From: the human T2T-CHM13v2.0 reference genome, Homo sapiens
Assembly: GCF_009914755.1 (NCBI RefSeq)
Contig: NC_060947.1
DNA: 64,000 nt
Direction: 5' to 3' (one strand)
Below the pieces are notes generated by a model. The model was not told where the DNA came from, made no database searches, and was given only the letters and a program-made list of their open reading frames with translations. Shown in pieces: positions 47,873 to 63,724 of this stretch (positions are counted from its first letter, which is position 1; every line of letters begins with the position of its first letter). The translations under genes were made by a program, and so were the position numbers.

Positions 47873-50264
47873 CTTTCACCCATTTTTTAATCAGATTATT
47901 AGATTTTTTTCCTATAGAGTTTTTTGAGCTCCTTATATATTCTGACTATTAATACCTTGTCAGATGAGCAATTTGGTTAGGTGAATTCCTAGGTATTTAA
48001 CTTTATGTGTGGTTATTGTAAATGGAATTACTTTTTAAATTTTTTTCACATTGTTTATTGTTGGCATATAGAAATGCTACTGATTTTTGTATGTTGATTT
48101 TGTACCCTGCAACTTTACTGAATTTTTAAGTTCTAATAGTTTTTTTGGTGGAGTTTTGAGATTTTTCCAAATATAAGATAATATCATCTACAAACAAGGA
48201 TAATTTGACCTCTTCCTTTTCAATTTGTATGCCCTTTATTTCATTCTCTTGTCTGATTGCTCCAGCTAGGACTTCCAGTACCATGTTGAATAACAGTGGT
48301 GAAAGTGAGCATCCTCGTCATGTTCCCTACCTTAGAGGAAAGGCTTTCAGTTTTTCCCCATTCAGTATTATACTAGCAGTGGGTCTGTAGCATATGGCTT
48401 TTATGATGTTGAATTATGTTCCTATTATACCCAGTTTTTTAGGGTTTTTATCATGAAGGTTGTTGAATTTTATCAAATGCTTTTTCATCATCAATTGAAA
48501 TGATCATATGGTCTTTGTCATTCATTCTGTTGATGTGATGCATCACACTGATTGATTTCTGTATGTTGAACCATCCTTGCATCCCAGGGATAAATCCCAC
48601 TTGGTCATGATGAATGATCTTTTTAATATGCTGTTAAATTAAGTTTGCCAGTATTTTGTTGAGAATTTTTCCAACAACGTTCATTATGGATATTGGATTA
48701 TAGTTTTCTTTTTTTGATGCATGCTTGTCTGGCTTTGGTATCAGGATAGTACTTGCCTTGTAGGATGAGTTTAGAAGTATTGCCTCCCCCTCTATTTTTC
48801 AGGATAGTTTGAGTAGGATTGGTATTAGTTCTTCTTTAAATGTTTGGTAGAATTCAGCAGTAAAGCCCTCAGGTCCCTGGCTTTTCTTTACTGGGTGACT
48901 TTTTATTATGGCTTCAATCTTGTTACTTGTTATTGGATTTCTTCATGGTTTTGGATTTCTTCATGGTTAAATTTTGGTAGGTTGTATGTGTCTAGGAAAT
49001 TTGTCCATTTCTTCTAGATTTTCCAATTTATTGGCATATCATTTCTCATAGTAATCACTAATGATCCTTTGAATTTTTGTGATAAAAGTTGTAATGTATC
49101 CTTTTTCATCTCTGATTTTATTTATTTATTCTCTCTTTTCCTTAGTCTAGCTAAAGGTTTGTCAATTTTGTTTAACTTTTCAAAAAAACGTTTTGTTGCA
49201 TTGATCTTTTGCATTGTTTTCTTCATTTCAAATTCATTTATTTCTGCTCTGATCATTATTATTTCTTCTACTAGTTTTGAGTTTGGTTTGCTCTTACTCT
49301 TCTAGTGCTTTAAGATGCAGCGTTAGGTTGTTTATTTGAAGTTTTTCTTCTTTTTTGATATAGACACTTATAGCTATAAACTTCCCTTTTAATACTGCTT
49401 TTGCTGTATCCCATTGGTTTGTGTATGTTGTGTTTCCATTATCATTTGTTTCAAAAAGTTTTTCAATTTCCTTCTTAATTTCTTCAATGACCTACTGGTC
49501 ATTCAGGAGCATATTGTTTAATTTCCGTTTGTACAGTTTCCAAAATCCCTCTTGTTATTACTTTCTAGTTTTACTCTATTGTGGCCAGAGAAGATACTTA
49601 ATATTATTTCAACTTTTTTGAGTGTTTTAAGACTTGTTTTGTGACCTAACACATGATCTGTCTTTGAGAATGATCCATGTTCTCAGGAAAAGAATGTATA
49701 TTCTGCAGCCATTGGAGGAAATATTCTGTAAATATTTATTAAGTCCAATGTTTATCTGCTGATTTTCTGCTTAGAAAATCTGTGCATTGCTAAAAGTAGG
49801 ATACTGGAGTATCTAGCTCTTATTGTATTGGGGCCTATGTCTCTCTTTAGCTCTAATATTTGTTTATATATCTGGGTGCTCTGATGTTGGGTGCATATCT
49901 ATTTAAAATTGTTATATCCTCTTGCTGAATTGGCCCCTTTACCATTAGTGAATTTATTTGTCTCTTTTATAGTTTTTGTCTTGAAATCTATTTTGTCTGA
50001 TATATGTATAGCGTATAGCTACTTCTGCCCTTGTTTTTGTTTCCATTGGCATGGAATATCTTTTTCTATCCCTTTATTTTCAGTCTATGTGTGTATTTAT
50101 TGGTGAAGTGTGTTTCTTGTGGGCAACATATTATTGGATTTTGTTTATTTTATCCATTTAGTCACTCTGTATCTTTTGTTTGGAGAGTTTAGTGCATTTA
50201 CAGTAAATGTTGTTATTGATAAGTAAGGACTTACTCCTGCCATTTTGTTATCTGTTTTCTGGGT

Positions 50265-50310
50265 TTGTGTGTGTGTGTGTGTGCATGTTTGTGTATGTGT
50301 GTGTGTGTGT
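50265..50310. repeat. Interrupted (TG)n microsatellite
   Basis: Seen directly. Confidence 0.85.
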
Positions 50311-50817
50311 GGTCTTCTCTTCCTTCCTTCCTTGTTTCTTTCCTTCCTGTCTTCCTTTTAGTGGAGGTGATTTTCTCTGATGATATGATTTAGTTTTTTT
50401 GCTTTTAATTTTTTTGTGTATCTATTTTATGTTTTTTGGTTTGAGGTTACCACGAGACTTGCAAATACTATCTTATAATGCATTATCTTAAGCTGATAAC
50501 AACTTAGGACTGTTTGCATAATCAAACACACAAAACGAAAACTAATAAAGGCTCTATGCCTTAACTTTGTTCCCCCTCATTTTAACTTTTTGTTCTTTCT
50601 ACTAATATCTTATTGTTCTCTATGTCTTGAAAAGTTTTACTTATTATTTTTGATTGGATCATCTTTTAGTCTTTCTACTTAAAATAAGAGTGGTTTACAC
50701 ACCACAGTTATAGTGTTATGATATTCTGTGCTTTTCTGTGTACTTACTATTGCCAGTGAGTTTTGTACCTTCAGATGATTTCTTCTTGGTCATTAACATC
50801 CTTTTCTTTCTGATTAA

Positions 50818-51129
<312 letters not shown>

Positions 51130-51826
51130 CTCCCTTTAGTATTTCTTGTAGGACAGGTCTGTTGTCGATGGAATCCCTCAGCTTTTGTTTGTCTGTGAAA
51201 GACTTTATTTCTCCTTTATGTTTGAAACATATTTTCATCAGATATACGATTCTAGGGTAAAAGTTTTTTCATTCAGGACTTTAAGTATGTCATACCACTC
51301 TCTCCTGGTCTATAAGGTTTCCACAGAAAAATCTGCTACCAGACATAGTGGAGCTGCATTGTAGCTTATTTGTTTCTTTTCTCATGATGCTTTTAGGATC
51401 CTTTTTAAATCCTTGATCTTTGAGAGTTTGATTATTAAATGCATTGAAGTAGTCTTCTTTGGGTTAAATCTGCTTGGTATTCTATAACATTATTGTATTT
51501 CGATATTGCTATCTTTCTCTAGGTTTGGGAAGTTCTCTATTATTATCCCTTAGAATAAATTTTCTACCCTTATTTTTTTCTCTACCTCCACTTTAAAGCC
51601 AATAACTCTTAGATTTGCCCTTTTTATGGTATTTTTTAGATCCTATAGGCATGCTTCATTCTTTTTTATTCTTTTGTCTTTTGCCTCTTCTGACTGTGTA
51701 TTTTCAAATAGCATGTCTTAAAGCACACTAAATATTTCTTCTGCTTGATCAATTCTGCTATTAAAGAACTCTGGTGTGTTCTTCAGCATGCCAATTGCAT
51801 TTTTCAGCTCCAGAATTTCTGCTTGA

Positions 51827-52195
<369 letters not shown>

Positions 52196-54769
52196 TCTCT
52201 GTGTTATCTTGAATTTCTTTGAGAGTTATCAACACAGCTATTTTGAATTCTCTGTCTGAAAGGTCACATATCTCTGTTCTTCTAGGATAGGCTTCTGGTG
52301 GCTTATCCAGTTCATTTGGTGAGGTCATGGTTTCCTGAATGGTGTAAATGCTAGTCGATGCTCTTTGGGGTCTGGGCATTGAAGAGTTAGGTATTTATTG
52401 TAGTCATTACTGTCTGAGCTTGTTTGTACCCACCCTTCTTGGGAAGGCTTTCTAGATATTCTAAAGGACTTGACTATTGTGATCTAAGCTGTATCTGCTT
52501 TAGGGGGCACCCCAAGCCCAGTAACACTGTGGTTCTTGCAGACTCATGGAGGTACACCTTGATGGTCTTGGACAAGATCCAGAAGAATTCTCCAGATTAC
52601 CAGGCAGAGACTTTTGTTCTCTTCCCTTATGCTCTTCCAAACAAACAAAATCTCTTTCTGTTTGGAGCCACCTGGAAGTGGGAGTGTTGTGACACAAGCA
52701 TCCCTGTGGCCATCACTCCCAGGACTACACTGGGTCAGACCTGAAGCCAGCACAGCACTGGGTCTTACCAAAGTTCTGCTGTAACCACTCTCTGGCTACT
52801 GCCTATGTTTGCTCAAAGCCCTGGGGTTGTACATTCAGCAGGTGGCAAGCCAGTTAGGCCTGTGTTCTTCCCTTTAGGGTGGCAAGTTCTCCCAGGCCCC
52901 AGGCATGTCCAGAGGTGCCATCTGGGAGCTAGGGACTACAGTCAAAAACCTTAGAAGTCTACTTAGTGTTCTATTATACTGTGACTGAGCTCACACTCAA
53001 ACCACAAGATGCAGTCCCTTCCCACTCTTCCCTCCCCTTTTCAAAGGCAGAGGAGCCTCACCCCATGGCCACCATCACCAGAAGCCCATATAGAGTAATA
53101 CCAAGCTAGCACTGATGTTCCTTTAAGGCCCAAGGACTCTTCAAGTCAGCTTGTGGTGAATCCTGCCTGGCCTGGGACTCACCCTTCAGGGTGATGGGTG
53201 CTTCTCTGACCTGAGGGAGGTCCAGAAATGCTTTCTAAGAGCTAAATCCTGAAATTGGGAACCCCAAGAGCCCACTTGGTGCTCTACCCTGCCGTGACCA
53301 AGCTGATACCTGAGATGCAAGAGAAAGTCCCTTTTACTTTTCCCTCTGCTTTTTTGAAGTGGAAGGAATCTTGTCCAATAGGTACCACCAGCTGGGAATG
53401 TGCTGAGTCTCACCTGAAGCCAGCAAGTCTCAGAGTCTCATCCAAGGCCCTTGACATAGTACCTGGATATCGCTGCTGGTTATTCAGGGCCCAAGGGCTC
53501 TTCAGTTAGCAGGTGATGAATTCTTTCAGGACTGGGTCTTTCCTTTCAAAGCATCAGGTTCCCTTGCCCAGGGTGTGTCTAGAACTGTCAAGGGAGCGAG
53601 GGCCTGGAATGGGGGCCTCACAACTCTGACTGGTGCCCTGTCCTCCTATGGCTGAGCTGATATCCAAGATGATAGCCTTCCCCACTCTTCCCTCTCCCCT
53701 GCTTTCCTCTCCTATTCCCCCCTCTCCTCTCCTCTCTTCTCCTGTCCTCAAATAGAGGGAAAGGGTTGCTTTTGGAGCCACAAGCTGTACATTCTGGGGT
53801 TAGGGATAGGGTGATGCCAGCACTCCTTTAGCCACCCCAGCTGGTGTCTCAGTAGGTCATGGAACCCCCAGTCCACTGTCTCTGAGCCCAGTTCAGCAGT
53901 AGGACTCACCTAAGGTTTGCTTGTCTATTTAGGGCCCTGGAACACTTTAGCCCATGGTGGTGAGGCTTGTGGGAACTCAGGTAGGGACCACTGGGATTGG
54001 CCATTCTCCTCCGGCTAGGACTAGTTTAAATGCTCCCTCTGTGGGTGGGTGTCAGCTGAGTTTGGTCTGGTTTTGTTTTCTGTTAAACAGGGAAGCACTG
54101 ACTAGATTGTCTCACAGTTGCTGCCATCTCCTGCTCCCCAGCATACAGAAACGCTCTCTGCACCAGACTGCCACTGCTGGAGGATGGGGGAGGGGTGGCA
54201 TCAGCAATTCAAGACTGTTTTTCTTATCTCTCCGGTGCCTGTTTTAATGATATGAAGTTAAAACCAAGTACTGTGAGTGGTCATCTGATTTTTGGTTCTG
54301 ATGAAGGTGCTTTTTTGTGTGTAGATAGTTATTAAATTGGTGTCCTCGCAGCAAGAAGGATTGGTGGAGCCTTCTATTCTGCCATCTTGCCTCAAATTTT
54401 CTTTTGATGATGATACTAGATTTTGAGAACGGAAGAACCAACTAGAGCAATTACCAGAATTGTGTATTAAAAGAACAGCGTATTGTGTTTTCCCTGACAT
54501 TTAAGCTATCTATTTAATGCTTAACTATTGTGGTGTGGAATGATGGTTTAAATCAGGAAATCAATCATTTGACTTCAGGTCTGGAACTTTTGTTTTTCCT
54601 GAATGGGTATAAAAGGAAGAGTGCTGAAGAAATGTCTAACAATATGCAGGAAGGGGTAATGCCTTTTCCCCACCTTCTCTTCAGTCACCTAAAATAAAGC
54701 TTATCATGTAATTTATTCATATTGGAGTGCCCCAAGCTATCCCCTGAATTTATTTACAATTCTAACATA

Positions 54770-55090
54770 TGTTATTCATTCATTAAACAAATAATAAATT
54801 GAGCACCTACTATATGTCAGCTTCCTATCTAGTTGTTGGGATTATAACTGCAAGAAAAATAGAAACAGTTCCTGCCCTAATGAATCTTACATTGTATGGG
54901 GGATATAGATAATTAAACCAATGGCCGGGTGTGATGGCTTACACCTGTAATACCCAACAAATGTAATAAAATATCGTAAGTGCCATTACTGGGGAGGAAT
55001 TAAAGAAGCACATGGCAGGGAGACCTAAACTAGTACAGGCAATCAGATAAGTCTTCCCTCACGAAGTGATATTTTAGCCAGGCAAAAGAT
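54770..55090 (-). mobile_element. L2 remnant
   Basis: ttattcattcatt..aaattgagcacctactatatgtcag...cctgccct. Confidence 0.65.
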
Positions 55091-55137
55091 AATGCCTCTC
55101 ATTAAGATAATAGAGGAGGAAGAGCAGTTATGTCAGG

Positions 55138-55650
55138 TGTAAGAAAAATAAAAATGATTTTTTCAACATTCATAGGTTCTTAGCTGGAATGGACCCCTGT
55201 ACCAAAAGATAAATTAACAAGAGAAAAACAAATTTATTAACATGTATATTTCATACATGAAGCATACACTTGGAGAATAAGTAGTTCTCAAAGAGGTAGC
55301 TTTGAATTCCAGCTTATATATCATCTTCAACAAAGAATGGTCAACTTTTGGAGAAGTGACAAGACAAAGGAAAAAGGCTTTGAATCTCTAGAGGTGGAAA
55401 CTTGAGGGAAGGCAAATAAATGGCAGGTAAAGGCTAGTTAGTAAAGCTTATAGATTCCTCTAGTAGCATCTACAGGCCAATAAGGGCTTACACTGTCTTG
55501 TTTTCTCTGATAGAGAAAGGACAGGATATCTTTTGTCTCTGTAAATTTATGTCCTGATTTTAAGCAAATAGAGGGAGAGCAGGGAGCTTTCCTGCATCTG
55601 CTGCTTAATTGCCTTCAGCTCAACTATGATTCATATTATGGCGTGGCACA
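55138..55650 (-). mobile_element. ERV1-class LTR (family uncertain)
   Basis: TGTAAG start, aaattaacaagagaaaaacaaatttattaacatg, cttaattgccttcagctcaa. Confidence 0.5.
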
Positions 55651-55689
55651 GGAAAGATGGATTTTATTCTAGATCTGTTGAATAGGCTT

Positions 55690-56600
55690 ATGGCACCTAG
55701 GCACAAGCGATATTTTGGTGGCATTGAGATGTATCTTTGTCTTGAGCTCACAAGAAAGGTCAGACTTGGGACTCTTCACCCTGTGGATAGTAAAGGAAGC
55801 CGGAGGAATAAATGAGTTCACCTAGTCAGAGGGCATGGAGTGAGAAGAAAGGACACCTAGAGAAGAATCCCGACAGACAAAACATCCAGAAACAGGCAGA
55901 AGAAAATAAAAGCTGGCAAAACAGCGGGAAGAAATCCAAGGGTATGGCATGCCAGCAGTGAAGGGAGAGGAGAGCTTCAGGGAGAGAGAGAACATTGAGT
56001 GCTCGGGAAAGCCAAGTAAAATGACAACGGAGAAATGTTAATTAGATTCCAACAAGCAGCTCCTTGATAAACCTGGCAAAGCCAGTTGGAGCAGAGTGTT
56101 AGAAAACAGAATACAGATTGCTAAAGAGTGGGAGCTGAATTAGGAGAAACATCCAGTACAGACAACTTACCCAAGAAGTTTGTGAATGGGGATTGAAAGA
56201 GGTAGAGGCTGAACGAGAGGGCAAGAAAAAAAATGAATTGCATAAGCAATAGGTGAAGCCGGATGAAACCCAAAGAGACTCTGTTCTTTGTTTTGTCCTT
56301 TTAATGATATTAACTTGAGCATATTCACATTTCGATGGGATAGAGAGTGTAGAAAAGAAGCGGATAAAAATAAAAGCAGGAGAGAGCAGGAGTCGGGGGA
56401 AGGGGCAGAGGTTGGGAGAAGGAAATGAAAATAGCCATAAATTATAACAATACTACAGGAGATAGGATCCAGAGCACAGGTTTTACTGCAAGGAATGAGG
56501 AAAAGACTGGTGCAGATGTTGACCATGGTTTGTAGATGTAATTGCAGGGAGTTGAGAGGATTTTGTTACACGGGTTCTCAAACCTCGTAAGATTCAAGAT
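55690..56600 (-). mobile_element. Degenerate L2
   Basis: Purine-rich L2 motifs (gtgagaagaaagg..cctag, gatccagagcacagg). Confidence 0.5.
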
Positions 56601-56664
56601 AAGAAATCTGAAAGTGTGGACTTACTTGGGGCAAATACATTGACAGTAATAAAAAATAACAGTT

Positions 56665-56984
<320 letters not shown>

Positions 56985-57036
56985 TCAATTCATTTATTTA
57001 ACAACATTCAGCTAGTACTATAATAGGTTTTATAAG

Positions 57037-57592
57037 TGTTACCAGAAACGTGTTTCAATCCAGACCCCAGGAGAGGGTTCTTGGATCTCCCGCAAGAAAG
57101 AATTTGAGGTGAGTCCATAGGGTAGAGTAAAAGCAAGTTAATTAAGACAGTAAAGGTATAAAAGAAATGGCTACTCCATAGGCAGAGCAGCCCTTTGGGC
57201 TGCTGGTTGCCCATTTTTATGGTTATTTCTTGATTATATGCTAAACAAGGGGTGGATTATTCATGCTTCCCCTTTTTAGACCGTATAGGGTAACTTCCTG
57301 ACATTGCCGGGGCATTTGTAAACTGTCATGGCGCGGGTGAGAGTGTAGTAGTGAGGACAAACAGAGGCCACTCTCTTCCCCATCGTGGTTTTGGTGGGTT
57401 TTGGATGGCTTCTTTACTCTAAACCTGTTTTATTAGCAAGGTCTTTATGACCTGTAGCTTGTGCCGACCTCTTATCTCATCCTGTGACTTAGAATGCCTA
57501 AACATCTGGGAATGCAGCCCAGCAGGTCTCAGCCTTATTTTACCCAGCCCCTATTCCAGATGGAGTTGCTCTGGAATCACATGTCTCTGACA
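57037..57592 (-). mobile_element. MER41A solo LTR
   Basis: 556 bp, TGTTAC...CTGACA, colinear with recalled MER41A; 4-bp TSD TAAG. Confidence 0.88.
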
Positions 57593-57624
57593 TAAGAATA
57601 CTTCAGTAAAAAACTCATTGTCTT

Positions 57625-58009
<385 letters not shown>

Positions 58010-58119
58010 TCATCTATTTGCTTCCAAAAGAAACCCAGGAATCAACATTGATTCCTTCCTTTCCCTCCCCTATGCCCCACCATCCCCTCGCTCCAGAAAA
58101 CACACCACACAAATAAATA

Positions 58120-58420
58120 TATACATACCATACTCAATTCACTGGGGAGCCTGTCAATTCTCCTTCCAAAACAGATCTGGAATTTGACTTCCATTTCCAT
58201 CTTTTCTGTCTCAACCTTGATCCAAGCCACTAGTGTTTTCCACCTGGAACTAATGCAATCACCGTCTAACTGGTCTTCTCTCCATATCTACCTTGGTCCC
58301 TTTCGGTCCATTCTCTATACAGCATCTATAACATAGATCAGATCATTATTCTCCCCTACTTAAAACCTCCCAATGATTTCCAACTGCTCAGAAATAAAAT
58401 TCCAGATCCTAGCCATGTCC
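58120..58420 (+). mobile_element. L2 remnant
   Basis: gtcaattctccttccaaaa...tccaagccac...cacctgga..taactggtct...cttaaaacctcccaatg. Confidence 0.65.
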
Positions 58421-58422
58421 TG

Positions 58423-59088
58423 TGTAGAAGCAGAGGGAAAGCTTCCCTTTCACCCTCTCTGAAGGCTCACTGAAATGAGCTGACAATAGACACTATCAGG
58501 ATAAGAAACATACAAATTTATTTACGGGCACATGGACACAGGAGTTCGGCAAATATGAGACCCAAAGAAGGGCCAGAGATTTGAGACTTAAATACCCTCT
58601 TTATAGTGGAGAAGAAACATGGGGGATGTAGGTAATCCTGATGGGTAGTAAATGCTTTTCAGGGGAAATGCATGGGCCCAAAGAGCAAACAACTTGGCTA
58701 GGACGAAGTTCCTCTGAGCTCTGGGGGAGGTGGTGGCAATTTGTGGGAAGTGAGAGATAGAATTTCACTGTGAACAAAGGTGGCCTTATTATGCAGATGA
58801 AGTCTCCCAGGCAATCTCTGGGAGCTGCCCTCAGAAAAGTAGATGAAAACTCTATCTGGGTGTGGTGATGACTTTTAGTCTTTTTACCTGCTCTGGTCAT
58901 TAATCTTTTCTGATTATTTGATGAGAATTCTAAAGGAGAAAGTTTTAAGACAATTGCATTTCTTCTGGAAGAACTTCCCTTAATGGCATAAAGGGACTTC
59001 AGAGAAAGCCCCTGTCTGTGCTTCAGGAAAGAAGGGATCAGAGCAGGGGCAGAGAGAGACCTTGGTTCTGAGGCTTGTTTCTGAGGCC
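58423..59088 (-). mobile_element. ERV1-class LTR (MER31/MER67-like, uncertain)
   Basis: gaaagcttccc..caccctctctgaagg..cactgaa...catacaaatttatt; gagagaccttggttctgaggc. Confidence 0.55.
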
Positions 59089-59283
59089 TTTTCCTTCCTT
59101 CCTTCTCTCCCTCTCTATTTCCTTCCTTCCTTCCTTTTCTTCTTTCTTTCTTTCTCTTTCTTTCCTTTTCTTTCTTTCTCTTTTTCTTTTCCTTCCTCCC
59201 TCCCTCCCTCCCTTCCTTCCTTCCTTTCTGTCTCTCTTTCTTTCTTTTCTTTCTTTCTTCCTTTCTTTCTTTCTTTCCTTTTT
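59087..59283. repeat. ~195-bp polypyrimidine low-complexity tract (CCTT/CTTT)
   Basis: Almost pure C/T on the + strand. Confidence 0.95.
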
Positions 59284-61302
59284 GATAGCTGTTGTTGCTG
59301 TTATTTTCTTCTGAAGTTTGAGTTGTCAGGCTTCAGTTCGCAGGGCTTTACAAAAGCACAGCTTAGTTTTCAGTGACTCCAAATTAGAAAAAATAGGGGA
59401 AAAAAGAAGGAAAAAAATGAAAACATTATTTTGAAGACTTGTAGCCAAGAAAAATTAGAATTCTGTCCAAACTGTAGAAAATAATAAAAACTGAAAAACA
59501 TTAGGCAAGACTAGAATCTAACAACAGGTGTACTATAGTTTTGAAACAATTATAATTATTACAGATAATGTAAACTAAGTCATGTCAGAATTATAGGAGT
59601 TTACCATGATTTTAGAACACATACCAATAACATATTTATACAAAGACGGCTCAAAGAAAACCAAACACCATTTCATATTTGACAATGTTTCCTATATAAT
59701 TTTTATACCAAAAAAGCCAAATCATGCTATTTTTGGACTTTAGGGAATCTAATATCGTAAAAGATTAATTAGATCAGAAAAAAACATAATTTATAATTTG
59801 ATTTTGGGAAGTTTGTCAAATATCAAAGGTTTAATTAAAACACTTGATATCACAGTTCATTGTAAAATAAGTCATTCATTTGACCAAAGTGATAACTCAA
59901 GGATTTCAAAAAAAAAAAAAAAAAAAAGGTGAAAACCTTCATTATCTGAGAGAGGACACTTAATTTTCCAAACAATAAGTCTTGATAAAAACAGCTTGAA
60001 GCCAATTAAATTTGTTTTTCAAAATTTTATAAGCGGTATATAAAATTTTAATCTTGATCATAAGATATAACTTCCATAAGCCTTTTATAACCTTTATAAT
60101 CTTTATTAAGGAGTTGGTTAATGCTTCAAGAAAACCTTGTTAATCTGACACAGGGGCCCATATGCTGGTCTTGCATCAGCGTGTCTTTGACATTAATGAT
60201 TAATTAACAGAGAAACTGAACTTATTTTATCTCTCAAAATCAGCCTTTACAATCTCACACGCCCACCTCTTCTGCAATAGTCCCTGGCCTTGAGGAGTTG
60301 AATAGCTTTAATTTCTGGCCCTGTGTCTCAGGAATGCAGTTTATTTTGATTGGCATCTTCTACTGGGCCTGAAGATGAGGCTTTAATTACTGTCAGTGTT
60401 TAAGATTTAGCAGGACTTGGTGTCCTTTTTAGACTCAGGGGTCAAAGCTCTGTAACTCAATGTCACAGGAACTTTAAAAGCACATACAGAAAGGTACATG
60501 GATGTAATAACTTTAATTAAAAAGAAGTTTTTTATCTTAGTTTTTTCCCTAAGCAAGCCAAAATGTAACAATAATGGCATAGAAATTGTTTTGATAAACC
60601 ATAAAATCTATTAAGCCAGTTACCAAAAGGCAAAAGAAAAGACCTTCCGCACTGCACAGAATATTATGTTGGAAGGAAACTTTTTCTTTAGACCTTTAAG
60701 AAAACATTGTTAGCATCAAGCCACAACAAACAGAACTGGAGGAAAAAACTTACATGAGTTGAAGAAAATGAGTTGAAGGAGAGCATTACTATTTCACGCC
60801 CTTTAAAAGGGGAGAGAAAACCGAAAATGGCGAGATGCAATAAAAGTTGAACTTTGGGTTAAAAAAATTAAAATATATTACAGATTATTAAGGGTAAATA
60901 AATCCCTTAAGGAAATTTTATTGTTCTAACCAGTTATTTAGTGTATAAGGGTTTTTTTAATGTCAAGCCCAATCTCTAGAAACACCCTTATAATTTTCCT
61001 TTAATTATAGACAACTTGATCATATAAAAGTTTTTTTTTTTTTCCTGGTTTGTCCTGAACATCTCTCTTTCTTAAACAACCAGTCATTTTATTCTAGGCC
61101 TAAATTTACCATACAAGATTCTTTCTCATATAAAATTACTTCTCTTTAAGCTTTCTTACCAAAGGAAAAAAAAAACCTCTTTATTTTTATAAATTTCCTT
61201 ATTGCTCTCTTATTTCCTGGTTTCTTTTACTTTGTTTTATACGTAATCTTTAAATAAGCTTTGAATTAGACAAAATTGTTCACCTTTTTAAAAAGAACAC
61301 AC

Positions 61303-61687
<385 letters not shown>

Positions 61688-63296
61688 TTATTGGAAAATG
61701 CCCAAATAATGAAATATCTATTATTTAATTTAATATAATTTTAGATTCTAAATTATAATGAGTTTGTCTACAAGTATTTATTCCATTACATTTGCCTAGT
61801 AATTTAATTTTAATCGTTTACCTATATTATTTATAAAAACTGCAATAGTTATCATTTAAAATTATGGAACTGCCATTGCAAAATTATAACTGAGACAGTG
61901 AAAAAGAGCTGACCTAACTGACTCTATCTTGCTTCAAACCTCCAAGCTGTCTTGTTCATTCCTGGGCATAGGCCAAACTAACTTTGGGAGGAATTTAGTT
62001 TATAGTTTAGCTTTGAAACAAAGATGGTAACAGTCCTTACCCAAAACAAATCTTACTGCCTGTGGACTGGACAGTCTAAAGCCACAAGATTAGAAGTTAT
62101 GGTAATCTTAATAAATTCAAGATGTAGCTAGTTTCATGAAACCAGTATCAATGTCTTACTTATTAAAAATTACATAAGCAAATATTATTCTGTCTTGGGC
62201 TAGGTTTGTAGTTCTGTAACTCCTATGCCAAATTTTGACACCCTATAGTATGTGGCAGGGGTTAAGTATGAAATTGCTTGATTAATAAATGCAAACAAAA
62301 ATGTATGCTGGACAGTCTTAAGACATTTCTAATATTACTTTACCAATAATTTTAAAGCTAGGTTATTTATTGAAGATTTTACTTAAGTTACATAAACTTC
62401 AAAAAGCATTTGACTAGTGTTTTCTTTTTTCCTGATAAAGTATTGGATCAAGTGCTTTTATTAAACCAATTAATTAGAACTCTTTCATACATTTTCAGTA
62501 GTGAAACTTTGTGTACACACCACATAAATACATAGACGTATTAGGCATGCCAATAGAAGCACATTTTATAGATTCATAAAAACCTTTTTTTCCCTATCTT
62601 GGACCTTCAAATTCTTGATAACCTGTTTTACTACCCTATGTAGTTGTCAGCTAAATAGCTTTAAATTTGCATATTAAAGGAAACAACTCAGGTGAAAATC
62701 AAATAGCAAAATTTACATCATAAGGCATGGAGAGAAAAAGTCTGGTGTGCTAGAGGGAAATTAAAACAGATTTAATTGCCAATTAAACATAAACTTATAG
62801 AAATTATAAAGGCCTTTTAAATATATACACACACAAAGATTCTGTAGCTTTTACTTCAGAACTTTAGCCATGAGATAAATACAAATTCACCTGCTTGCGA
62901 AAAGAACTTGTTGGATTCAAACAGTGGCTTTTATCTGAATAGAAAAATAATAGCAGATTTAAAGCAGGCAGAAAAGAAAATAGAGGAAAAAGAGGACTTA
63001 GGAACTCTATAGTATAAAGGTCGACCTTAGGGTTCTTTTTCCTTCATATAAATGTGCACAAAGACCATATTACTTCCATTTTACATAAACTCTGGCAAGT
63101 CGAGGTGCCATCAAACCTATGGAGTGTTCACAAGGGTGTCATTCTCCTTGTTTTCTCCTCATTCTCAGATTATTTGTTTCTCACTTTTTTTTTCTTAAGA
63201 GGAGGAACTGAGCTATGGCCTAGGGTTTTAGTGTGGTGGATCTGTGTGTGCTGCTTGTGGGCAGGACTCCACAGTGTATCACCACTGAGTCCTTTC

Positions 63297-63724
63297 TGTC
63301 AGGCCTCTGAGCCCAAGCTAAGCCATCATATCCCCTGTGACCTGCACGTATACATCCTGAAGCAGATGAAGAATCACAAAAGAAGTGAAAATGGCCGGTT
63401 CCTGCCTTAACTGATGACATTCCACCATTGTGATTTGTTTCTGCCCCACCTTAATCTGAGCGATTAACCTTGTGAAATTCCTTCTCCTGGCTCAGAAGCT
63501 CCCCCACTGAGCACCTTGTGACCCCCGCCCCTGCCCCCAAGAAAACAACCCCCTTTGACTGTAATTTTCCACTACCCACCCAAATCCTATAAAACGGCCC
63601 CATCCCTATCTCCTTTCACTGACTCTCTTTTCAGACTCAGCCCGCCTGCACCCAGGTGAAATAAACAGCCTTGTTGCTCACACAAAGCCTGTTTGGTGCT
63701 CTCTTCACACGGATGTGCGTGACA
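63297..63724 (+). mobile_element. HERV-H solo LTR (LTR7B-like)
   Basis: TGTCAGGCCTCTGAGCCCAAGCTAAGCC...CGTGACA; GC box 63522-63531, TATAAAA 63588-63594, AATAAA 63660-63665; TSD CTTTC/GTTTC. Confidence 0.92.

Noticed and set aside
59062-59376. F/L/S-rich membrane-protein-like ORFs
   Set aside because: Translation of the CT low-complexity tract.
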